Part shown: positions 18,801 to 24,454 of the stretch, piece by piece
How the letters are laid out: each line of letters opens with the position of its first letter
How positions within the stretch are numbered: position 1 is the first letter of the stretch
NCBI GenBank assembly: GCA_963595385.1
Contig: CAVBHV010000001.1
Location: forward strand, 1-24,454
Length of the DNA: 24,454 bases
Source: a bacterium
GTDB taxonomy: Bacteria; Bacillota; Clostridia; Christensenellales; UBA1242
Reading direction: 5' to 3'
Translations under genes and position numbers: made by a program
The notes under the pieces: generated by a model
Database searches by the model: none
The model's input: the letters and a program-made list of their open reading frames with translations, nothing else
Told to the model about the DNA's origin: nothing

Positions 18801-21800
18801 ATAGGCGCCAACTGTGACAAAATTTCGCCATTGTCAGTAAGGACAACATCTGAACCATTTTTGTAAATTGTTGGTTGTAAAATCTCAGCAGTTAGAGTGT
18901 TGTCAGTGTAAACCTCTAATTTTAGATTTACCATTTCACTACTAGTGATATTTGCCTCCGTTGCACTCAACCCCGCCGAAGTGATACCATTGTAAATTTT
19001 AATGTAGAAATTCTTTTTCAAATCTTCAAAAGTGAGTTTAAATACGCCATAATCACCAAAATTGAGCGTTACATAAGGAGTTGCGAATATTTCTTGATAA
19101 TCTGTTGTAGCATTTGCACTCAACAAGTGCGGTGCAGTCGTTGGAATGTAAGTAAGTCCACCGCTAAATGGATAATTTGTAAAATTGAAAAATTCCTCAC
19201 TAGCGACTGAGTATTTAACACCCAAGTCATCAACAAAATCAGTTAATTTGGCAAATTCAGGTATGATTAATTTCCCGTAGCCGTTTTTGATAGCAATATG
19301 GTTATTTGTGTCGCTTGTAAGCGAATTATCTTGTTCATCAAGAATATCAAAGTCAGCAAAACCACCTATTACATAAATCAAAATTTCTTGTTTTTCGCTT
19401 GCATCAAGTAAAGATTGTAAAGTAATTACCGCAAAACCAGTTTGACTAAAAATCAATCTTGTATTTAGCAAATTCAAACTATTTTGCTCTACATCAACTA
19501 CCGCACGATTTGATGATGTAACCGAAATTGCCCATTTTGTAGGGTCAATTTCAGGCAAAACTGTAATATCATACATACCACCATTTAAGGTACTGTTATA
19601 TAGATATAGACTGCGTTCGCCTCTATCATCTATTGCAATATTTTCAAGCACAACTACACTAGTTGTCTTGCCCGTGCCGTTATATTGTAAATATGTAGGC
19701 AACTTGTTGCTTTCTTCTTGATATGTACGCGCAGTTACCTCAATATCAGTAATCGCTTGATTGTATAACCAACCTCTATCTCTATCATATAAAATAGGCA
19801 AATTGTCATTCACGCCCAACATATCAAGGCTAGGGTCGTATTTAACCCACGCACTAGTCGAATCTTTGTCACCAAAACTCCAACCTAGGTAAACCTTGCT
19901 AGTGTCATAGTCGCCTAGACTTTCGTTTAATTTCATATCACTTTCAGTAGCAGAGCCTATGGCAGAATCAGTGGTATCTGCAAGGTAAAAACACTTTTGC
20001 ACATTCGCATTTGTTGCATTTGTACCTATCAAATTACGACTGATAACCTCTGTGCCACCAGCAAGATTTGTTAGCAACACATAACCGTAACAAGTATCGA
20101 CATAGTTATTTCCGCTTGCAGGTGAAACTGTATAACTACCTATCAATTCACCAGATTTGGTTATATCACCATTTGAGATAATCTTACCATTAGCATAACT
20201 ATTCAAAATTACGCTCACACTCAAACTCAAACTACCATCTACAAGGTAATTACCTACCAAACCACCAACAATGTTTGTAGTTAGGCTGTTATCTAAGTCT
20301 TTCACTACTTGAATATTTGACTTTGCAAAACTGCTCATAATATAAGCATTTTGTGCAAAACCTACTAAACCGCCGACATTATTTACACCTATTATGTCAC
20401 CACTATAACTTGAAACATTGTATTGAGCCATTTCAAGTTGCTTGATATAACTCATTGCATATGAATAGATAATTCGACCACCGTTACCAAACCCAACCAG
20501 ACCACCAACATTTTCAATACCGCTAGCGAGCGCTTGTTCGCTATTATTTATGCCAGCAATTTCATAATTTTCTACGCGCGCATAACCAATAGTACCCGCA
20601 CTATTAAGTCCTACCAAACCACCGACATTTTTTCGCCCAACTACTTTGACAGAAGCAAACACTTTGTATTCAACATTATCTTCAAATAGCCCCAACGCGC
20701 CATAGTTGATACCAGCCATACCACCGACATTTGAGTAAAGCCTTGCAGTAACATTACCAGTAACATTCATTGAATAAACATTTGATTGCGCACTCACAAC
20801 ACCTACAAGTCCACCGATTGCGCTTTCATCATCAATAGCAATATCACGAATAGCGACTAAATTTACTCTTGATAGCAAGGTTTCAGTTTGGCCTAACCTG
20901 TTTCCCGTAAATTCACCGATTAAGCCACCAGCGATGACCTTTGTTGCCCCTAAACTAATTTGAGCCGAAATATTTGCGTAAGTATTTTGAATATTTCCGT
21001 TTACTTGCCCCGCTAGCGCACCAAAATAAACTTGATATTCTATATCATCTACGCCCAAAATATATACTTTGCGTTCTGTGTAGTTGCTTAATGTGATGAC
21101 TACATTATCAATACTTACATCATCATTTGCTATAATTTGTCCAGCAAGCAAACCTAAGTAAATATTTTTACCTTCTAACTCAACATTTGCGATTTGCCCG
21201 ATAGAATTTTCAAGGTTGATTTGGCAATCGGTAAAACTAAAATCAATATTAGAAATTTTACCACTTATCGTACCAAATAGCCCACCAAACACACCCTGTT
21301 CCGTCACAAAAGTGCCACTAGGTTTGATACCTAAAACAGCCATTTTTGCGTTTCTGCCGTATCTATATGAATCGAGCGAACCACTAAATACCGAGCCAAA
21401 TTCTTTACCCAAAGGCAAAGCGTTTGAGTAGCGCGAAATATCTATTGTGCGCATCAAAACATAGTGTTTTGTAAGCGCTAGTTCACTGCTACCGATTGCA
21501 ATAAATTCTTCCGCATTGTAAATGGAATATGGGTTAGTTTCATCACCATTTTCTACAATTACCCACACATCAACATACCATTCTGGCGACAAAAGCGTAT
21601 CTTCTGCAATAATTCTATCCAAAGGATAAATACGCACAACTGCAATACCAGCATTTTTAGCAATAATAGTATTTTGATTATTTGGGTCTAACGCGATAAT
21701 TTCAGTGTCGGTTTCACTATTAAATTCAGTCGAAGCAACAGGAATTACGCTTTCGTTGTACACAGCGTTGTAAATCTTGTAACCTAATTTGCTATTAAAT

Positions 21801-24385
21801 GCATTTTTAGGCAAAACATTTGTGTTTAGCGTAAATTGAGTACGACTAGCGCTACCTAAATCGTTTAATCTAATCCCTTCCGATTTATTAAAGTTTGTTA
21901 CTGTGATACTTTGTACCATTTGAGGGCGCAAAATAATAACTTTACAAGTAATTGTGGTCTTTTTGCCATACTCAACAACTGATGCGTAAACATAAGTTTC
22001 ATATCTATTGTTTGTATAGAAAGCGCTATCCAACTGAGCGGTAATTTTCATACCGTTTTCGCTAGGAGCGATAGACAAAATTTCTTCATTTTCAAGAGTC
22101 CATTCAATCTCCCCACCATTCAAAAGCACCGATGCGCTTGAATTTACAACAACATTTAATTCCGCGCTAGCCAAATCTTGTTGCTCATAGTACAGACTAT
22201 TTTTATCATAAACTTGACAAGTTAGATTTTTTTGATTGTTTGTACCAGCCCAGTAAAAGGTAGTTACTGGCACATAAATAGTTACCGAAATTCTACGCTC
22301 AGCAACTACTGATACCCACTCGCCATTTTCGTTTTGCCTATTAAATGTAAATTTAACCACTATTTCAACTGGATTATCTAGTTGAGTGGCAAGTTTAGTG
22401 TAAAAACTAAATCTATTATCTACACCCACATCGGAAACTTGTATATAGTCGCCCGTAGCATCGGTCGAAGATGCACTAATTGAAATCGTGCTCCTATCGT
22501 TTCCTTTTGGCGAATAAATGCAGTCAACATTTATCAAACTGTTACGCTTAACTGTAAGGCTTGTTACACCCTTATCTAACAACTTGTCCGTACCATTTAC
22601 ATTGTCTTGTTCGTTCCAAACTTCTTCCACAATGTTGCTATTTTCATAAGTGTGGTCCGTTTTTAGATAAAATTCATTTACCACTTGATAAACAGTGACA
22701 TTGACAGTCACTTCAACGCCATTATCTGCGCGGATAGTTAATTGTGTCTTGCCGTCAGTAATACCTATTAAATTGTATTGGAAAAGTGTTTCAGTTGCTT
22801 CAATTTTAGCGATACTTTTATCAGCAAATTCAAATGTAAAGTTAGGATTACCGATATTTTCACCACGACTGGTGGTAAAATCAACTTTTAATGTAGCGCT
22901 ACCATTTACGCTAGTTTTGTTGTCAAACTCGCTTGGAGTAATAGTCATTACCCCCGCTTTTACCATTAATAAAACTTCGTTTGACACCATCGGCAACGCC
23001 TCATCATAAGTGTTTGCCCTAATCGACAATTTCACACTTTCTGCAATATCTGTACCAGTGAGTGTTACATAAAAACTTGTGTCACTGCGCAATAGTTCGC
23101 CAGATTCGTAAAGTTTCAATCCATTATAATCTTTGATAGTTGCATAACTTTTACCAGAAACATAGATGCCTAAACTTTTAGATTTTTCTTCCAAATTTTC
23201 AGTAGAGCCGTCAATTTCCTCTACCACTATTTCATAATTTGTATCTTTTGCCTCTTGTGGAGATACCAAAATATGAATTTCCGTTCCGCGAATATTCTCA
23301 TAGTAGTCTTGCACTTCCATTGTAACAGGAGCAGTAGAAGGTGCAACTGTTGCAGAAGAAATGGTCACATTTTTGGCAATTCGCACCACTTCTACATCAT
23401 AGACGCGAGAAAATGATTTGTAAATTTCATTGTTTATAGGGTTTATTAAATCTGCATAAATAGTAAGTTTTGCTAGACCACTATCAAATGCGATTAAGTC
23501 GAAGTCACCGTTTTCATCTGGCATAGATGCAGTAACAATATCATCACTAACTGCCGTACGCAAATTGCAACTTTGCCCTTGGCTATTTACAAATAGATTT
23601 AATTTTGCCTTGTTGTTTACATCATCATAGTTAATGACTAATTTTAGATTATCTACTTCATCTCCATTATTAAATAAGGTAAAGGCTTCTTGTGGAATAT
23701 CTTTGTAAACCAGCACATACACAGCACAACTAATGTTATTTGCCATTTTTGCTTCGATTTGTGCGATACCGCAACTAGCCCCTTCTTCGGCATAAAGCAC
23801 ACTATTTTCAATATGCACTCCACTCAAAGTAGCAGTACCCAAATTTTCATTCCACAAAGAATTTTCAGGTGTCATCAATTCGAAAACCGCTTCATTCGGG
23901 TAAACGATTGCTGGTTCAAAACTAATCAGTGATGCGGTTTCTAGTTTGATACTCTCGCCCGCACACAATGCTAATTTCTGGTCCCTAAAAATCATCGAAT
24001 CTGCATTACGAAAGACCGCAATCGTGATTTCGTCACTCTTTACCTTGTTGTATTCTTTTGACACAACACGCAAAGTAGTTATACCCGCACGAATTGCCGT
24101 AATTTGAATGGTAGATTCATTGTCTTTTTGCGAAATCACCTCCGCTTTTGCAATTCCTCTATCTTTAAATTCAAACTCAACACTCGTAAGCATATCCTCA
24201 GTTATGCCCTCAACCGTTGCTGTAAAAGTAGCGGTTGTGTCACCATCTTCTTCCCGCTCAAACACAGAAATTGTATCAACTGAAACCGAAACTTTGAGAT
24301 TGTCGTAATTTGTACCACAACCCGCAAAGCCCAAAAATACAGTAGATATCATTAAAAATAAAAGCGCATAATACTTACTTTTCAT
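9827..24385 (-). CDS. Giant (4852 aa) surface lipoprotein with Big_2-like Ig domains and six GLUG-motif beta-helix modules; putative adhesin or surface scaffold
   Basis: Uninterrupted 14.6-kb ORF. Signal peptide MKSKYYALLFLMISTVFLG-FAGC with lipobox Cys23. Big_2-like patterns (VEFEFKDRGIA...ITAIRAGITTLRV; FEFADKSIAKI...GITDGKTQLTIRADNG). Dozens of [NI]VGGLVG / AGGIVG / FGGLAG GLUG-type repeats, grouped in modules that open with G-x-x-x-[NT]-P-[YI]-x-I. Confidence 0.88.
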   Translation of the reverse strand: MKSKYYALLFLMISTVFLGFAGCGTNYDNLKVSVSVDTISVFEREEDGDTTATFTATVEGITEDMLTSVEFEFKDRGIAKAEVISQKDNESTIQITAIRAGITTLRVVSKEYNKVKSDEITIAVFRNADSMIFRDQKLALCAGESIKLETASLISFEPAIVYPNEAVFELMTPENSLWNENLGTATLSGVHIENSVLYAEEGASCGIAQIEAKMANNISCAVYVLVYKDIPQEAFTLFNNGDEVDNLKLVINYDDVNNKAKLNLFVNSQGQSCNLRTAVSDDIVTASMPDENGDFDLIAFDSGLAKLTIYADLINPINNEIYKSFSRVYDVEVVRIAKNVTISSATVAPSTAPVTMEVQDYYENIRGTEIHILVSPQEAKDTNYEIVVEEIDGSTENLEEKSKSLGIYVSGKSYATIKDYNGLKLYESGELLRSDTSFYVTLTGTDIAESVKLSIRANTYDEALPMVSNEVLLMVKAGVMTITPSEFDNKTSVNGSATLKVDFTTSRGENIGNPNFTFEFADKSIAKIEATETLFQYNLIGITDGKTQLTIRADNGVEVTVNVTVYQVVNEFYLKTDHTYENSNIVEEVWNEQDNVNGTDKLLDKGVTSLTVKRNSLINVDCIYSPKGNDRSTISISASSTDATGDYIQVSDVGVDNRFSFYTKLATQLDNPVEIVVKFTFNRQNENGEWVSVVAERRISVTIYVPVTTFYWAGTNNQKNLTCQVYDKNSLYYEQQDLASAELNVVVNSSASVLLNGGEIEWTLENEEILSIAPSENGMKITAQLDSAFYTNNRYETYVYASVVEYGKKTTITCKVIILRPQMVQSITVTNFNKSEGIRLNDLGSASRTQFTLNTNVLPKNAFNSKLGYKIYNAVYNESVIPVASTEFNSETDTEIIALDPNNQNTIIAKNAGIAVVRIYPLDRIIAEDTLLSPEWYVDVWVIVENGDETNPYSIYNAEEFIAIGSSELALTKHYVLMRTIDISRYSNALPLGKEFGSVFSGSLDSYRYGRNAKMAVLGIKPSGTFVTEQGVFGGLFGTISGKISNIDFSFTDCQINLENSIGQIANVELEGKNIYLGLLAGQIIANDDVSIDNVVITLSNYTERKVYILGVDDIEYQVYFGALAGQVNGNIQNTYANISAQISLGATKVIAGGLIGEFTGNRLGQTETLLSRVNLVAIRDIAIDDESAIGGLVGVVSAQSNVYSMNVTGNVTARLYSNVGGMAGINYGALGLFEDNVEYKVFASVKVVGRKNVGGLVGLNSAGTIGYARVENYEIAGINNSEQALASGIENVGGLVGFGNGGRIIYSYAMSYIKQLEMAQYNVSSYSGDIIGVNNVGGLVGFAQNAYIMSSFAKSNIQVVKDLDNSLTTNIVGGLVGNYLVDGSLSLSVSVILNSYANGKIISNGDITKSGELIGSYTVSPASGNNYVDTCYGYVLLTNLAGGTEVISRNLIGTNATNANVQKCFYLADTTDSAIGSATESDMKLNESLGDYDTSKVYLGWSFGDKDSTSAWVKYDPSLDMLGVNDNLPILYDRDRGWLYNQAITDIEVTARTYQEESNKLPTYLQYNGTGKTTSVVVLENIAIDDRGERSLYLYNSTLNGGMYDITVLPEIDPTKWAISVTSSNRAVVDVEQNSLNLLNTRLIFSQTGFAVITLQSLLDASEKQEILIYVIGGFADFDILDEQDNSLTSDTNNHIAIKNGYGKLIIPEFAKLTDFVDDLGVKYSVASEEFFNFTNYPFSGGLTYIPTTAPHLLSANATTDYQEIFATPYVTLNFGDYGVFKLTFEDLKKNFYIKIYNGITSAGLSATEANITSSEMVNLKLEVYTDNTLTAEILQPTIYKNGSDVVLTDNGEILSQLAPIASENIENELITNRYILQLRENDRAITENVTYKIEFSVLDENGTLYGKFVFNLTVTPAPITRIDISHYTYGTQSMLNGEVSSNLISPGTKGLLKVDITPNYAFFDYIIASSTVDTATNEKVELLQMVQRNGVFKYIEAQYNSAGNLIVQKLTGYDSLGNAYFDGTIYLTTLVSEGLLEGVQFYISIVPMKNNESTYIFPPTSYNLISTFAPFASLTLDNSNGDTIARGTIANFRLQGTLLNSTISVLRADYGMSADLSKLQLCAFGDIRKQFGQNAKENVDLIIPFYVGILATPNNSKITITIQIDSTTPTGGSLNPLILEYTIYIVDYNVQSIYTNDAETGILNASIRTYKTLEAKWNLQAPLLTDFDTYIGATDADVLSFNTELENIIANATQKLKVINEQGDGLGGVWWYNNGSGYSVVQSAYSYPDFIISYTTMNDNNSYYIIKGKTITQNINFKLYFKGYYVYDTTTNCYKFVIESELDSLDSANILATYQNVFEQQFIINVINNTTDDTPDLIDSVEKFRSMEQNGEGVSYMLTTDIVLDNWTPMKTAIKSLDGNGHIIYIRSFADNTNTDTANYGLFDTLPSGTVLKNLIIDVSYSIFVDLQNTSNVNFGFIAGVNDGGIIYNCDIVVSQSKENWTTIYNNSARKVSNNSNYAFASNVFNQMLQGTGDYANSNTLASTFILTDKSTTNTTVTTCIGGLVGQNNGYITNCRVGRIDSNILGSNRIDRHYPLQGINLFASGNIGGLVGQNNGVIANSYFANGTIVNYSMSIFSATNANGAKTGGLVADQTANGRIESSFAKGQASDSAQAILGGVKAYGTIGGLVHSNAGSIKNSYANMPLSSSNAMGGFVYQNTARGNIEYCYSMSKINSTGLINGVFVGVDQEGNVLNGENATIEKCYYLALNNDLVDAKEPATAISSLEWSNAQGVAFDGFAIADNEASTWYIDTEKTYLGPQLRLADKVYYSFRTDDYSYDKTCELGSETNPILIASLTDWENVFNYSDTSGNFRSAFMEANSTVSSGGAKYVFGNYSVNIASDISFNNSMHTTSYNTIFKGQLNGNGYTLSGLSYRQSSSVTATQKDFGLFNTLENAIVTNLNLTIASEISIRARHIGSLAGTLRDVYAENITISGETQNSSITGLNMAGALAGLVLGDSEIRNIESTISVNAINATSASGNYSYYYRNALNVSESDFSYAGGIIGVLDLNEEDNSAENPRVQNLRTRGNANIFAEIAGGVIGVIDQKSEAKQLEFVIDTEDENAPNINGSNFAGGLVGENRGRVMQSRVGMEISKQISLDEQISTTDRARDYIGYTRLFASNDSATAVGGLVGLNAGGWIAESYSRAEVYATNAYIAGGIVGMAINAPTSYAPSDNDATLNYLRSLSNIDNVFNTVGASYTLENSKIKVRGAFSFSATLKEVYTTGGVNGKKVIGGVVGAVMGAPLFANSTEALVAGINNFDAQDKTFTDKLNNIDYYVGGLTGYLGFKVSETNEGVVPIVSALEVSGEFSLGTASLKSKLVASVNGKTIPTIGNVSNPNHTALNTDFLSVATDVEDKTFDGFNETVWNIDKTKTSHRFAILNSSYSATVTNIETAQEFLEFLSNTNTNSYGKIIKDNLIITGADWVNYVVDTVSSKYTIATSMDEAVTGRLEGAVPYEIEGQTTTKTATVIFRDFTEEQAKAFDSLFGYTQKFRVLNINFEFDFTPDLSENGLSLTKNTISNFGLLAQESSSTYFENISVKLINDNILKVNNLENIAVISGVSQSNNFVNVQVDAVIETVENYASGSAVNIGAMFGQGKVTNTINCTNAGKLSIVYKSNNNYTLSFGGLAGETNGILNVRGVVLDTQDNMQISMEVTANNNSNEINLAGIVGNANGTARIQNLVASGEVNLTRTTGQDNSMVNLGGIAGKLHNSNLSSLTSKVNFTANANKGNIFAGGIAGNLVNEQEFSGSGISMQFSGFTAEYLTSHSNFDLNSTTNSAIYLGGIFGLSENDLILANSKVVPSGQARNIYYGLFSDSKLNVESASSRMYIGGIIGRAIQGRLSNSEGYTELDKPNTILRIAESAFVGEIYGKNNQTAGSYNYFGGIVGDTQISINDVLSNGAIRFEASHAISIYAGGIAGATNKDISYSIAVSSVQTSLSANANISAIGAVCGVQQNDNGRIINTYYSGDLCGLLDNYATNLTAMQMLDIDNFKVNGTQTLSNDKWTYAVAQNENGDEIQSSILYPLAVRDNIDTTRGGMVTPYVVSNLEMLLGLIDDTEKPNKMVIFDATTINIAELPKLEISNVRKIVGNGVKIEVNSSNFTGSTSQNIGLFGTIPQNVVVSSITLAINQTSIRTSTDINFGGIAGVNNGAIFNCVVGSLDEYTPSINYASSFTKLRETYADNFAGLTEKSNSIFALELTGASNSNIGAIAGINNGNITASVAIVDLSVENLSTGAINIGGLVGYAENAWINNSIAQNRVLVSKANNTTNVGGVAGKVSNSRFDAILANGNVMVFTVSNYNQVGLAFGTFEGIANGVVVNSDLSGNLSVNDVNNNYNFALTTQELLTASRFNAIAKNSANLFNSIWSYGNNTINYGYPYLSITNISMNTGNGNVDNPYQLREGTEILRVTLSNATGKHFVLVRDSIISSKILETTAKSTIYAKTLSGNGKVVVIDKYITPTSTGGTVNIGLFRTISEQTEIKGLGIVINQFGIDTGLIINFGGLASENRGTISNCAVTATNEISLASLPNSKIGGLVAQNMGAIQNSWADIDFNVKDGYIGGLVGLLGKSASASTESTAYIRNSFANGNLIVKQDTTKAYAETSVGGLVGLANAEIAMGRSIENCYVYGSRIQVTSKGSKVGAFIGNAIKFNTYRTYAYIYTPSANDTSNIGAGNYQNIGMTGNTITGAYDNTSIVSVWLGIQDGEVGNRQLANDLCRIVPITQMRTTALGSDFYAEWITSGWTRNLGVANQNEYLPYLNRVTPLDKQETNASNLSAESIFNYSY
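24317..24385 (-). other. Lipoprotein signal peptide (SPase II) with lipobox F-A-G-C
   Basis: Basic n-region MKSK, hydrophobic core, Cys codon at 24319-24317. Confidence 0.85.
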
Positions 24386-24393
24386 AATTCTTT

Positions 24394-24398
24394 TCCCT
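24394..24398 (-). promoter_or_regulatory. Probable Shine-Dalgarno site for the lipoprotein gene
   Basis: The minus strand reads ATAGGGAAAAGAATT-ATG; AGGGA lies 8 nt before the start. Confidence 0.55.
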
Positions 24399-24454
24399 AT
24401 TTTTATTTTGTCAATTTTGTTTACATTTATTTACAAAATTGCAAAAAATTCTAC

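Noticed and set aside
9827..21550. Recurring ACAAGTCCACC / ACCACCAAC-like DNA words as a possible CRISPR or DNA repeat array
   Set aside because: They are short, irregularly spaced and encode the GGLVG protein motif; there is no repeat-spacer structure and no cas gene.
10052..24308. Numerous short ORFs inside the lipoprotein gene, many with PP/SP repeats
   Set aside because: Mostly antisense shadows; the Pro-rich pattern is just the reverse complement of the Gly-rich GLUG codons.
9827..24385. Annotation as an IgA1 protease/Zmp (M26) metalloprotease
   Set aside because: Only GLUG-type repeats are shared; no HExxH motif was seen in the translation.
24399..24454. Promoter for the lipoprotein gene (TTGACA at 24413-24408 and TTGCAA/TTGTAA on the minus strand)
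   Set aside because: None has a convincing -10 at 16-18 nt, and the window ends 69 nt upstream of the start.

Overview
AT-rich (roughly one-third GC by eye) bacterial window that looks Bacillota/Clostridia-like: sigma-A-type promoters, a GGAGG RBS, and lipoprotein and C-terminal membrane anchors. It holds only three real genes. (1) A 5'-truncated, >2770-aa secreted, C-terminally membrane-anchored protein made of tandem Ig-like beta-sandwich repeats (+). (2) A separately promoted 413-aa homolog of transcription termination factor Rho (+). It keeps the Rho fold motifs, but the Walker A Lys/Thr, catalytic Glu, arginine finger and RNP1 RNA-binding motif appear substituted and the C-terminal tail is missing, so it is a candidate pseudo-ATPase Rho paralog. 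(3) A convergent 4852-aa lipoprotein (-) with Ig-like blocks and six GLUG-type beta-helix modules. Intrinsic terminators flank the Rho-like gene, and a near-consensus promoter sits immediately before the bidirectional one. I found no GATC site in the window by eye. No RNA genes, mobile elements or CRISPR arrays were seen. All protein assignments come from motif recognition, not database searches.
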